A stretch of 49,220 bases of DNA from Methanobacteriota archaeon (GTDB lineage Archaea > Thermoplasmatota > Poseidoniia > Poseidoniales > Poseidoniaceae): the NCBI GenBank assembly GCA_002699515.1, contig PAAW01000001.1:1-49220 (forward strand), given 5' to 3'. Position numbers and translations under genes: made by a program. Below are positions 20,834-30,681 of the stretch, one piece after another; positions within the stretch are counted from its first letter, which is position 1, and the number at the start of each line of letters is the position of its first letter. The notes under the pieces were generated by a model that worked only from the letters and a program-made list of their open reading frames with translations, made no database searches and was not told the DNA's origin.

Positions 20834-21739
20834 CTATTGGTTTAAGGATCCAGTGTTTACTACTGGTGTAGTATCTGTTTCTGAACAAAGAACAACTAGC
20901 AAGTTACTAACCATTGTAGCCTTTTTGTCTTCATTTAGTGTGATGATACCTTTAGAACTTAATTGGTCAAGTGCTAATTCAACCATTCCTACAGCACCAT
21001 CTACAATTTCTCTCCTTGCAGCTACAACAGCACTAGCCTGTTGTCTGCGTAGCATTGCTTGAGCAATTTCCTGTGAATAGGCTAAATGGCTAATTCTTGC
21101 TTCTAGTACTTCTATGCCTGCCCTTTCTAATCTGTCTTCTACTGATGCTTGAAGTTCTGTAGCAACAACTTCCTGATGACTAGAAAGTGCAATTCCTCCC
21201 TTATCTTTTTCTTCAATAATGTCATATGGATATTTTGTAGCCATGGCTCGAAGTGCAGCCTCACTTTGAATTTGAACATACTCTTCGAAATGATCAACTT
21301 CGAATAATGCTTCAGCAACATCATAAACTCTCCAAACTACAATGGCTCCAATTAATATTGGATTTGCATTAACATCATTTACTTTGATTTGTGATGACTC
21401 AAAATTTCTTATACGTAGTGAAATCTTCCGTTTTTCGAAAAATGGATTCAAGAAAAACCTGAATCCTTCAGTTTTTACTGTGCCGGAATACTTTCCAAAG
21501 AATAGCACTGCTGCCCCCTCATTAGGATGAATTATAATATATGAATTACAATAAATAGTCCATATTGGTCCAAAAATTAAAATATTAAAAATCCATCCTA
21601 CATCTGGAATTGCAATAAAAAGAACAATTATAAAAATACCTAAGCCACAGTGTAGCCCTAAACCTAAAAATCCATTTAATGTGGTTTTTTGTATGTCTTT
21701 TGTGATTGATTCAGTCTTTGTTTTTCTCTCTTCAGTCAT
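20834..21739 (-). CDS. SPFH/band 7 domain membrane protein
   Basis: Two N-terminal TMs; FFGKYSGTVK, KVNDVNANPILIGAIVVWRV, LAYSQEIAQAMLRRQQA, MVSNLLVVLC. Likely start is ATG 21739. Confidence 0.9.
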   Translation of the reverse strand: MTEERKTKTESITKDIQKTTLNGFLGLGLHCGLGIFIIVLFIAIPDVGWIFNILIFGPIWTIYCNSYIIIHPNEGAAVLFFGKYSGTVKTEGFRFFLNPFFEKRKISLRIRNFESSQIKVNDVNANPILIGAIVVWRVYDVAEALFEVDHFEEYVQIQSEAALRAMATKYPYDIIEEKDKGGIALSSHQEVVATELQASVEDRLERAGIEVLEARISHLAYSQEIAQAMLRRQQASAVVAARREIVDGAVGMVELALDQLSSKGIITLNEDKKATMVSNLLVVLCSETDTTPVVNTGSLNQ

Positions 21740-21907
21740 GCTATCGTATGTTCCATTTGAATTGAATATATAGGCATATTTGCTATTTGTCAAAAATATG
21801 TTGTAATGATTATATTGAATTTGGGAAATCTTTTTTGTTCATTAATAATCTCATTAAACAAACTTTGACGGGAAAGGTTCAACAGTTTAATTGCTTTAGT
21901 AACTAAT

Positions 21908-22690
21908 ATGCAGGATACAAAAAGTAGTATTTTTGGAGGAATTTATTTTCTTGCACCTGCAATTGCAATGTTTGCATTATTTCATCCTAGTGTTGGTTTT
22001 GTGCCAGCCCAAGCGATATCTGAGGGGGATCCTATGGCTCCATGGGCGGCAGCATTAGTTGGTTTAATTCCAGGATATCTTCTTTACAAAAGAGTAGTAA
22101 CAGTTAGAGGACATGAATGGCATAGACTCCAAGCGTTGAAAAAACTATCAAAACATTATAAAAATGAAGATTCAGGTTCATGGGAACAAGATAATAGTTT
22201 CAGGTTACATACCACCGAAGGTTCTGCAGAAGTAGGGCAATTAACTCAAAAAGCTCTTGAAAAAATGCAAGGTAATATTGGAGATTTAATGATGGATAAC
22301 CAAGAAGCTAGGAATGAAATAGAGACTAATGCAGAGATATCATTACTTTCAGACAGGGATCATGTTAATCTTGCTGCTGCAAGAATGAGAGGAGATACAA
22401 CACTTGAAGATAAAACGAAAAAAGTTACTGTGGCAGATAAAGAAAAAAAATCATTAATGGATAAACTATTAGATTGGACTGCATTGAAATTATCCAAAAA
22501 AGATAAACCACCAAAAAAAGTTGATGTTGTGATTAACAATGAACCAAATGTTAGGGAAAATATTCAAGGTGTATCTGGAGGGGCATCAGAGTATGACTCT
22601 ATGATTGCTAATTCTTGGCATTGTAGGGTATGTGGCAATATGAATTCAATAGATTCAAATTATTGTGAGATGTGTGGTTCATCTAAATAA
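21908..22690 (+). CDS. Membrane protein with C-terminal RanBP2-type zinc finger
   Basis: Two N-terminal TMs; WHCRVCGNMNSIDSNYCEMC matches W-x-C-x2-C-x3-N-x6-C-x2-C. Confidence 0.75.
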   Translation: MQDTKSSIFGGIYFLAPAIAMFALFHPSVGFVPAQAISEGDPMAPWAAALVGLIPGYLLYKRVVTVRGHEWHRLQALKKLSKHYKNEDSGSWEQDNSFRLHTTEGSAEVGQLTQKALEKMQGNIGDLMMDNQEARNEIETNAEISLLSDRDHVNLAAARMRGDTTLEDKTKKVTVADKEKKSLMDKLLDWTALKLSKKDKPPKKVDVVINNEPNVRENIQGVSGGASEYDSMIANSWHCRVCGNMNSIDSNYCEMCGSSK

Positions 22691-22747
22691 TTTACATTTT
22701 TTAGCGAATTATTCATAGCACCCGGGTAGTCCGCATGACTGAGTGTA

Positions 22748-23875
22748 ATGGCGGGTAAACGGGATTACTACGAAGTGCTTGGCGTTAGTAAAGATGCCAA
22801 TGACAAGGAATTAAAGAAAGCATTTCGCTCATTAGCAAGGAAGTATCACCCTGATAAAAACTCGGATCCTGGGGCAGATGAGAAGTTCAAAGAGATACAA
22901 GAGGCATTTGCAATTCTTTCAGATTCAGATAAAAGAAGTCAATATGATCGTTTCGGGCATTCTGGTCCAGGAATGGGTGGAGGTTTTTCAGGTTTCGATA
23001 TAAGATATGAAGATTTATTTGGTTCTGGATTAGAGGATATTTTCTCAAGTTTTTTTGGAGGAGGTGGTAGAAGTTCTCGTACTCGTCAAAGTAGAGGTAG
23101 GAGTATACTTGTAAGGAAAAAAATACCTTTCCAAATGGCTTTTGAAGGAGGATCAGAAGAAGTTACAGTTGATACCTTTTTACCATGTGAAAAATGCTCA
23201 GGTACTGGTGGCGCTAAACCAGATGATGTAGATATTTGTGCCACTTGCCGTGGGCAAGGGCAAGTAACCCAAACACGCCAAGTAGGCCCCTTTGTACAAC
23301 AAACAAGTGGAATTTGTCCAAGCTGTAATGGTAGGGGTAAAACAATAATCAATCCATGTAAATCTTGTAGAGGAGATGGCAGAATTAAGAAAAAGCAGAC
23401 GATTCGATTTAATGTTCCTCCAGGAGTAGATACTGGTATGAGATTAAGGATGCGAGGCAAAGGTCATGTTTCAGAGCATGGTGGAGTTGCTGGAGATTTA
23501 GAGATTGAATTGAAACTTGAACAACATCCTTGGTTTGAAAGAGATGGTTCAGAATTACTTATGTCGCTTCCAGTGGGTTTTCCAGATTTGATGCTCGGAA
23601 AAACTCTAGAAATACCGCACATTGACGGAAAGCCCCTAAAGTTGAAAATACCTCCCAATTCATTAGCAGGACATACACTGAATATTACTGGTCGAGGACT
23701 TCCTACTGGTCGAGGAAGGAGAGGTGATGTAATAATCTTGTTGAAATTACATATGCCTAAAAAAACAGATAAAGGTGTTAAGTCAAAGGTTGAGTCTCTT
23801 AGAACGGAATTAAGTATCTCCGAATCAGATTTAGAAAATGCAATATTAGATGAAGCTAAAGACAGAAGAAGTTGA
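22748..23875 (+). CDS. dnaJ: Chaperone DnaJ
   Basis: J domain with HPD, G/F region, four CxxCxGxG repeats, C-terminal domain. Confidence 0.97.
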   Translation: MAGKRDYYEVLGVSKDANDKELKKAFRSLARKYHPDKNSDPGADEKFKEIQEAFAILSDSDKRSQYDRFGHSGPGMGGGFSGFDIRYEDLFGSGLEDIFSSFFGGGGRSSRTRQSRGRSILVRKKIPFQMAFEGGSEEVTVDTFLPCEKCSGTGGAKPDDVDICATCRGQGQVTQTRQVGPFVQQTSGICPSCNGRGKTIINPCKSCRGDGRIKKKQTIRFNVPPGVDTGMRLRMRGKGHVSEHGGVAGDLEIELKLEQHPWFERDGSELLMSLPVGFPDLMLGKTLEIPHIDGKPLKLKIPPNSLAGHTLNITGRGLPTGRGRRGDVIILLKLHMPKKTDKGVKSKVESLRTELSISESDLENAILDEAKDRRS

Positions 23876-23883
23876 TTCTGTTT

Positions 23884-23890
23884 AAAAAAA
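23884..23890 (-). terminator. Oligo-T archaeal terminator after tRNA-Asn
   Basis: T7 run on the minus strand 1 nt after the tRNA discriminator. Confidence 0.55.
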
Positions 23891-23891
23891 G

Positions 23892-23964
23892 CGCCGTATG
23901 CAGGACTCGAACCTGCGACCTGCGGATTAACAGTCCGCCGCTCCACCAACTAAGCTAATACGGC
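23892..23964 (-). tRNA. tRNA-Asn (GTT), no intron, CCA not encoded
   Basis: GCCGTAT-TA-GCTT-AGTTGGTG-GAGC-G-GCGGA-CTGTTAA-TCCGC-AGGTC-GCAGG-TTCGAGT-CCTGC-ATACGGC-G folds as a 73-nt cloverleaf. Confidence 0.97.
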
Positions 23965-24010
23965 AAGCAATCGGCCCACCGGACCTTGATATTTCATGCC
24001 TTCGTTCAAA

Positions 24011-26476
24011 TCAAAGTAATTCGGCTTCAATAATTTCGGCATTAATTATGTTTTCATTAGTATTTATATTCTTGAATTTCCTATTTTCTTTGTTCATTTT
24101 AATGATTTTTTTAATGATCTCTTGGTTTCTTTCATTAAATAATATTGATGCAATAATTATTAAAAAAACAATAATTAATGGAATAAGCCAATTTTCCTGA
24201 AGCCATTTAATCATTCCATCTAATCCACTTAATTTTTCTTCTGGTTCTTCAAAACCAGGATGTATGTATTGGAGTTTTTCCATTGTTATTTCAGCTACGC
24301 CATCTCCTAATGATTTCCAGCCTCTAGATTCGTTTACATCTAGATTAATAGTTGTTGGATTAAACCTGAGATTAATTTCTACAGTATAAGCAGCACGAGG
24401 GCCTAAATCTCCTCCTGTCAAGCAACTTCCAATAGATGTGCCTTGTACATCAACTGCCCACCAAACACCTTCTTCAGAACCACCTTCTATGGTGATTTCT
24501 TGCTCATCAATATCAGTTTCTTCGTAATTTTCATCGCCATCAGTATCTAATGCTAAACGAAGTATGCTTGAAGTAGGGCAAAAGATAGAAGGAGCAATGG
24601 CATTATATTCTAAATCAGCATAAACCACAGTAGTCCCTTTTGGTACGAAAAATTCTTTCCTATGTGAAGATGCAGGTGGTAAATCTGATTCACTAGTAAA
24701 TACTGCAAAATCACCATCCCAACTTGTTTTTAATCCTGAAGTTGTAAAAGTTTCAGAATTAGTAATAATAGTGTCTTTAAAAATATTAAATGCGTCCATA
24801 ATGTCAATTTCTTCGTTGTCAACTAATCCATCTCCATTAGAATCTCTTAATCTTTGTAATGTCAATGCTAGTGCTACAGCATTATCGGCATTAACAAGGC
24901 CATAACCTTGGGCATAATCTAGAGTGTGATTGTTCAGGCCAATACTATTATTTTCAGCTAGGTTATCTCCTTTTGTAATATAATCTGAAGTTAATTTCAA
25001 AATAACTTCAAGTTCATGAATTTTCCTTTCTGCTTCTTGTGGCGGAGCAATTCCAGATGGATCATGTAATGTTGGGTTTCCAATTGAATCAAGATCTTCA
25101 TCGTAATCACTCATTTTCATAGACGGTGCTGCTTGCCATAATAATGCTGCTAACCCCGCAACATGCGGTGTTGCCATACTTGTGCCACTAATTGCAAGAT
25201 AATAGTAATCTAATTCACCAGAACCTATGTCTGCTGCCCCTGTACCTCCACCAATCATTGTAGCACGAGCAGCAGCAGACCAAATGTCTACTCCAGGTGC
25301 ACTAACATCAGGCCATGTGTCGCGATTAGTCATGTCCCCTCTACTAGAAAAATCAGACATTCCTACACCGTCTCTATTTGAGGCAGCAACACCGATAGAT
25401 ACTGGAACTTTGGCAAAAATATTTGACTGGTCTTCTTCACCCTCACCTCCGTCATTCCCATTAGCAAAAATCACTGCAACATTATTTTCATATGTGATTT
25501 TTTCAATAATTTGTACAGTCAAATCATTTGCGTCAATAGAGTCAAATGGAAATCCAGGTCCCCATGAATTCGTAACAACTCTAATATTCCATGCTTGTTG
25601 TGTAGATGAACCTGGTTTTGATAATTCATATACATGCTCTAAAGCAGAGTATTCATCGATAGTAAATGCTAATTCTCCCATTGAAAGTCCAATTAACCAT
25701 GAATTAGGTGCAATTCCAAGTCTATTGCCTGCTGAAGCATCTCCGTTTCCTCCCACAGTACCTGCACAATGAGTTCCGTGTCCACTTGATGTATCCGTGT
25801 CTGAGGCAGGAATCCATAGGAAATCAGGAGTATTTGAGCCAGAACCTTGGTTTAATTTTGCATTATAAATTACTTTATCATCAGGTTGAGGTTTTGTGGG
25901 GTTATTTGGACTTTGAGGATTATAATCTAAATCTGGATGTGATGCATCTATGCCACTATCTACAACTACAACAGTAACTCCATCTCCCATAATTTGAGTT
26001 GATGAAGGATATCCGTACAAATCAACAATTTGCCTATCCCATGCATTAATCGCTTTAATTGTATGAATTGTCTGATCCATATAATATTTCATTGGAGCAT
26101 TCCATTCGACCCATTTAATTTCGTAAACATTAGCTAATAAACTAATATTTGAAGCAGGGCCTTTAGCAAAAATTGAGGGTATTGCTTTTGTTTTATATGT
26201 TGGTGTAAACCCATAAGATTGTAATATTTCTTCTTCTAATTCTCCAGCATCACCTGAATCAAATTGTACAATAATTTCAATGATGTCACTATATTTCCCC
26301 ATTGATATTTTTTTCCATAATGCACTATCTATCACATCATCATTATTAGAATTTAAATAATTTATCTTAACATCATTTAAGTCATTTGGATGAGATTCTA
26401 TACTTGTTGAAAGTACTGAAATTGGTAAAAATAATGCTAAGATTAGCATTACTGTTGCGCCACCCCTCCAATTCAT
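24011..26476 (-). CDS. Membrane-anchored S8 (subtilisin-like) serine peptidase
   Basis: Signal peptide, propeptide, triad VVVVDSGID / HGTHCAG / GTSMATPHVAG, oxyanion ANGN, C-terminal TM. Confidence 0.93.
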   Translation of the reverse strand: MNWRGGATVMLILALFLPISVLSTSIESHPNDLNDVKINYLNSNNDDVIDSALWKKISMGKYSDIIEIIVQFDSGDAGELEEEILQSYGFTPTYKTKAIPSIFAKGPASNISLLANVYEIKWVEWNAPMKYYMDQTIHTIKAINAWDRQIVDLYGYPSSTQIMGDGVTVVVVDSGIDASHPDLDYNPQSPNNPTKPQPDDKVIYNAKLNQGSGSNTPDFLWIPASDTDTSSGHGTHCAGTVGGNGDASAGNRLGIAPNSWLIGLSMGELAFTIDEYSALEHVYELSKPGSSTQQAWNIRVVTNSWGPGFPFDSIDANDLTVQIIEKITYENNVAVIFANGNDGGEGEEDQSNIFAKVPVSIGVAASNRDGVGMSDFSSRGDMTNRDTWPDVSAPGVDIWSAAARATMIGGGTGAADIGSGELDYYYLAISGTSMATPHVAGLAALLWQAAPSMKMSDYDEDLDSIGNPTLHDPSGIAPPQEAERKIHELEVILKLTSDYITKGDNLAENNSIGLNNHTLDYAQGYGLVNADNAVALALTLQRLRDSNGDGLVDNEEIDIMDAFNIFKDTIITNSETFTTSGLKTSWDGDFAVFTSESDLPPASSHRKEFFVPKGTTVVYADLEYNAIAPSIFCPTSSILRLALDTDGDENYEETDIDEQEITIEGGSEEGVWWAVDVQGTSIGSCLTGGDLGPRAAYTVEINLRFNPTTINLDVNESRGWKSLGDGVAEITMEKLQYIHPGFEEPEEKLSGLDGMIKWLQENWLIPLIIVFLIIIASILFNERNQEIIKKIIKMNKENRKFKNINTNENIINAEIIEAELL

Positions 26477-26527
26477 TTAGTATTCCGAAATGATAAATAC
26501 GTTTGAATGCCTCGGATAAATGTACAC

Positions 26528-27478
26528 TTATTCCCACTCTATTGTACCTGGTGGTTTATGTGTGATGTCATAAACAACACGATTTACTGAGTCTTTTAAT
26601 GAGTTTGTAATTCGTGTTGAAATTTTTTGAAGAACATTGTGAGTAATAGGAGAATATCTTGCACTCATGCCATCTAGGCTTTGTACTGCTCTAACAACAA
26701 CAGTTTCTCCATAAGCACGAACATCTCCATGTACTCCTACAGATTTTACAGGCAATAATGCTGCAAAATATTGCCAAGGGATTTCAATTTCTCCATTTGT
26801 TGCAGCTAATTCAAGTTCTTCTTCAACAATTGCACAAGATTCTCTGACAATTTCTACACGTTCCCTAGTTAATTCCCCTAAACATCTTATTGCAAGTCCT
26901 GGTCCAGGGAAAGGTTGTCTATTTGAAGAAGGGATTTTTAATTCTCTTCCAACTTCTCTTACTTCATCCTTGTATAAATCCCTGAGTGGTTCAACAACAA
27001 TTAATGTCATGTCTTCTGGAAGTCCCCCAACATTATGGTGTGATTTTATTGTATCTCTGCCTCCTCCTCCAGATTCAATCCAGTCTGGAGCAATGGTTCC
27101 TTGAACAAGATATTTAGCACCAACTTTTATTTGTTCTTCTTCGAAAATACGAATAAAAACCTCTCCTATGATTTTACGTTTTGCCTCTGGCTCTTCTACT
27201 CCTTTCAATGCTTCAAAATATCTTTCAGAAGCTTCAACAACTGTGAGATTTAAGCCTAACTCATGTAACATTTCCTTAATTTCTTCGGTTTCATTTTTCC
27301 TCATAAAACCAGTATCCACATACACACAGTGGAGAAGATTGCCTATAGCAGAATTAGCAATACAAGCAGCAACTGTAGAATCAATTCCTCCTGAGCAGGC
27401 AATAATTGCAATATCTTCGATTTCATCTTTCATTTTTTGAGCGGCCTCTTCAATGAATGATGTCGAATCAAACATCAA
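26528..27478 (-). CDS. guaAB: GMP synthase subunit B (ATP pyrophosphatase)
   Basis: SGGIDS PP-loop, LVQGTIAPDWIES, IKSHHNVGGLP, PFPGPGLAIR, KPPGTIEWE; no glutaminase domain. Confidence 0.95.
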   Translation of the reverse strand: MMFDSTSFIEEAAQKMKDEIEDIAIIACSGGIDSTVAACIANSAIGNLLHCVYVDTGFMRKNETEEIKEMLHELGLNLTVVEASERYFEALKGVEEPEAKRKIIGEVFIRIFEEEQIKVGAKYLVQGTIAPDWIESGGGGRDTIKSHHNVGGLPEDMTLIVVEPLRDLYKDEVREVGRELKIPSSNRQPFPGPGLAIRCLGELTRERVEIVRESCAIVEEELELAATNGEIEIPWQYFAALLPVKSVGVHGDVRAYGETVVVRAVQSLDGMSARYSPITHNVLQKISTRITNSLKDSVNRVVYDITHKPPGTIEWE

Positions 27479-27957
27479 GCATCCCTACCGTTTACCTCAG
27501 CATCCATTTTCTTTACTCTTTCAATTTGATCAAGTTTGTTCTGCTTTAGAGCGGCAGCATATGTTTCATTTCCAAGTGCTAAAATTTGAGTTGCCAAATA
27601 TCCTGCATTATCTCCTCTATCTACACCTACAGTCGCCGCTGGAACACCAGGAGGTAGTTGAGCGATTGATAGTAGACTGTCATAAGGAACTCTTCCTCCA
27701 CAAGGAACACCAATTACAGGTTTGGTGGTAAGTGCTGCAACTGCTCCAGGTAGAGCCGCAGCAAGTCCTGCCATTGCTATGAATACTGTACAACCGTCAT
27801 CTTCAGCATCATGTACAATTTGTTCAACAAAAGCGGGTGAGCGATGTGCACTAGCTACACGCAATTGGTAAGGTACTCCGAACTGTTCGAGTATCTTTGT
27901 GCATTTATCAGCAACTGGCATATCAGATTTGGAACCAAGTAGTATTGTCACGTCCAT
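27475..27957 (-). CDS. purE: PurE (N5-CAIR mutase/AIR carboxylase)
   Basis: GSKSD, SAHRSP, AGLAAALPG, PVIGVP, DSLLSIAQLPPGVP. Confidence 0.95.
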   Translation of the reverse strand: MDVTILLGSKSDMPVADKCTKILEQFGVPYQLRVASAHRSPAFVEQIVHDAEDDGCTVFIAMAGLAAALPGAVAALTTKPVIGVPCGGRVPYDSLLSIAQLPPGVPAATVGVDRGDNAGYLATQILALGNETYAAALKQNKLDQIERVKKMDAEVNGRDA

Positions 27958-28008
27958 ATTGCAAGCGAGTGTGATTAGGTTGAAATAAATTTCAATGAAA
28001 TATAATTT

Positions 28009-28857
28009 CTAATTTGTACAATATTCGTCTAAAAATCCAATCCCGTCTAGCATTTCTATATCAAAATCACTTGTTGAATAGCCTAATTTATTTGTTAACC
28101 CCGGAATTGCTAAAGATTTCATTTTTTTAGTCACAAATGGATCACTTCTGATGCATCCCTTTTGCCACCATGAAATAACTAATTTTTTTTCATCACCAAG
28201 ATTTATTGAAGACAATTCAAGAATATTTCCTTCTGTACTTTTTATTGCAAAAGGTTCATTTTTTGGTTTTAGACTATCTGATTGCCAATCCCATCCTTTT
28301 GATTTTAATTCATTCATTGGCAAATCTATTTCTGAATTATATCTCATAATCCATATGGCAGAAGGTGAACTGAAATAATATGAGCCAAATGCAAGCCATT
28401 CAATCCATAATATTATTGAAGGTAAAATTGCCAAGTTCCAAAATATGGCATTATTTGGCTTTTGAATTATACTAGTAATCAATATGAAAATAATTATCGT
28501 AAACCACAAAACCCTACTTCTTCCAAATAAACTTAATAATACCTGTATTGGTTTTGAATTTTCATGTTTATTGCTTATGTATAGAATAGATAATCCTAAT
28601 GAAAAAGGCCCAAGAATTAAAAGGATTAGACCTAATATTTGAGGAAAGTTTGTTTTGTAACTAAGTAACGAAAATAAGGTTCCAACGGCTAATAATAGTA
28701 GACTCCAGCAAACAGGAAAAAGAAATTTACTAAGTAATGGTTCTAGCCGTTTTCTTTTCCAATTAATCAGTTCTTTTGGATGGAATTCATTAAGCACAAG
28801 ATTGTCAGGAATTCTTCCTCCCCACCATTTAGGGTCTCCATCTAACTCCTGATTCAT
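28009..28857 (-). CDS. Hypothetical multi-pass membrane protein
   Basis: 282 aa with about 4 TM segments; SD GAGGTGA upstream of the ATG. Confidence 0.7.
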   Translation of the reverse strand: MNQELDGDPKWWGGRIPDNLVLNEFHPKELINWKRKRLEPLLSKFLFPVCWSLLLLAVGTLFSLLSYKTNFPQILGLILLILGPFSLGLSILYISNKHENSKPIQVLLSLFGRSRVLWFTIIIFILITSIIQKPNNAIFWNLAILPSIILWIEWLAFGSYYFSSPSAIWIMRYNSEIDLPMNELKSKGWDWQSDSLKPKNEPFAIKSTEGNILELSSINLGDEKKLVISWWQKGCIRSDPFVTKKMKSLAIPGLTNKLGYSTSDFDIEMLDGIGFLDEYCTN

Positions 28858-28943
28858 ATTGGTTCACCTCTCTAATATTACATTCGAAAGAGTATTAATA
28901 TAAAACCGTAGACTTAAAATATGACCTTGTTTTATACTAATCT

Positions 28944-29654
28944 ATGTGTGATTTATTTGGATTAAGTTGTAATGAAATCGATAGAGCCACTCAAAGTCTT
29001 CCAATTTTTTCAGAACTTGGGAGTAGAAATCCTCATGGTTGGGGAATTGGTTGGTTTGATAAGAATGAGGCAATTGTCCATAGGGCACCAACAAGAGCAG
29101 ATTTAGATAGGCGTTTTTTTGAAACGATTGATATGGCAAGTAGTAATAATCTAATTTCTCATGTAAGATGGGCAACACATGGAGAAAAATGTGAATGTAA
29201 TTGCCATCCCTTTAAACGCCATCATAATGGAAGGGATTGGCTACTTGCTCACAATGGTTGGGTTGATGGAGCAGGAGGACACCCTAATGCAGAAGGAAAT
29301 ACAGACTCTGAAAGTATATTTAATGAACTCATAGATTATCTTATTGAATATCAAAATTCTAATTCTATTAAAGGAAGATATCCTGCAATTAAAAAAGCAA
29401 TACGCAAAATTTTTAATTCTTATATGGGTACAATAAATCTGAATATTATTTTGAGTGATGGAAATATGATGTACGTGTTTAATCATTATCAAAGGAAACC
29501 AATCTATATGCTTAGAAGATCAAAATTATATGGTAATGCAATTCTTCTTTCGACACAGAAATTAAATGATGAAAATTGGGAAAAAATACCCAGTGATAGA
29601 TTGTTGGCAATAAATAATGGAGAGATAGAAGTAATTTCGGACAAATTAATATGA
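28944..29654 (+). CDS. Class II glutamine amidotransferase (YafJ/EgtC-like Ntn hydrolase)
   Basis: N-terminal MC nucleophile, NPHGWGIGW, ISHVRWATHG, NCHPF, AHNG, GNTDSE, LNIILSDG. Confidence 0.9.
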   Translation: MCDLFGLSCNEIDRATQSLPIFSELGSRNPHGWGIGWFDKNEAIVHRAPTRADLDRRFFETIDMASSNNLISHVRWATHGEKCECNCHPFKRHHNGRDWLLAHNGWVDGAGGHPNAEGNTDSESIFNELIDYLIEYQNSNSIKGRYPAIKKAIRKIFNSYMGTINLNIILSDGNMMYVFNHYQRKPIYMLRRSKLYGNAILLSTQKLNDENWEKIPSDRLLAINNGEIEVISDKLI

Positions 29655-29675
29655 TGTCTAGAGGTCGCTAATGGT

Positions 29676-30272
29676 ATGACATTAAGTGAAGACGGACAAT
29701 GGATGTATGATGGAAGCAATTGGGTTCCTGCAATACCAGGGGCGACAAATGTTGGAAGTGCACCACCTGGCAATGCTCCAAAGATGCCAATGAATAAACC
29801 TTCTAGTAGAGGAGAGAGAATGAGTGATATTGGTTGGTGGGCATCTCAAGGAACTACACAATTTTTCATATTAATTGGATTTATTATGATGATTATGTCT
29901 GCAGGTTATGCCCATTCTGCAACATATACAGAAGGGCCAACTGCTCCAGATCAAAATGATTATGACGTGGATGATAATGGATTAGAAGCAGGCGAAATAG
30001 AAAACTTTACTGCTGATTACGAAGTATATGAAGATATACAAACACAGCATCTAAAAGATAGAAACCAAGATACAGGTAATGCAGTATATTGGGCATCAGT
30101 AGGACCTGGATTTATAGTACTAGGATTACTTGTATTTTGTTTAAATGATAATTCAAAAGAGATGTCAAATAGTTTAAGAATTACAATGATGATTGGTACT
30201 TTGTATTTGCTTTCAAATATGTTATTCGATGGTAGTGCAATTAATTTCATTGCTGGAATTGGAGCAAATTGA
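29676..30272 (+). CDS. Membrane protein with N-terminal SEDGQWMYDGSNWVPA motif
   Basis: Trp-rich N-terminal motif, Pro-rich linker, 3 TMs and an acidic loop. Confidence 0.7.
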   Translation: MTLSEDGQWMYDGSNWVPAIPGATNVGSAPPGNAPKMPMNKPSSRGERMSDIGWWASQGTTQFFILIGFIMMIMSAGYAHSATYTEGPTAPDQNDYDVDDNGLEAGEIENFTADYEVYEDIQTQHLKDRNQDTGNAVYWASVGPGFIVLGLLVFCLNDNSKEMSNSLRITMMIGTLYLLSNMLFDGSAINFIAGIGAN

Positions 30273-30679
30273 TTGGTATGAATTGGAAGAACATTCTCGC
30301 TTCAGGCGCCCTCACTGGAATGTTTGTTGCGATATTAATAGTTCTTTTATTTGTTCTTGCGGAGATTGACCCAGGATCTTTTACTGGTCTATGTGGTGGT
30401 TTTTTCGCACTAGTTGCTATTTCTGCAGTAATATCTAATCAAATCATGAAACAGATAGGGCAGCCTAAAGTAGACCTTAAGATACTTATTTCAATAGGAT
30501 TCCTTACATCGATAATGCCATTATTTGGAGCTACATTAGGATTGCCAAACAGTGATTTAGGTTCATTGGCTACATTAATTGTTCTTGGGCTAGCGGGAGG
30601 TACTTTCTGGAGTCTTCCCATTGTGTCTTGGTTGCAAATACATAAATCATGGAATAAGTCAATTGAAAACGAAGAATAA
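30269..30679 (+). CDS. Small 4-TM membrane protein
   Basis: Almost entirely hydrophobic; TTGA overlap with the previous gene. Confidence 0.7.
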   Translation: MIGMNWKNILASGALTGMFVAILIVLLFVLAEIDPGSFTGLCGGFFALVAISAVISNQIMKQIGQPKVDLKILISIGFLTSIMPLFGATLGLPNSDLGSLATLIVLGLAGGTFWSLPIVSWLQIHKSWNKSIENEE

Positions 30680-30681
30680 TT

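Noticed and set aside
23464-23949. 161-aa minus-strand ORF
   Set aside because: Shadow ORF running through tRNA-Asn and antisense to dnaJ.
23880-24010. tRNA-Asn as an integration site
   Set aside because: No integrase and no duplicated tRNA 3' end noticed; flanks are dnaJ and a peptidase.
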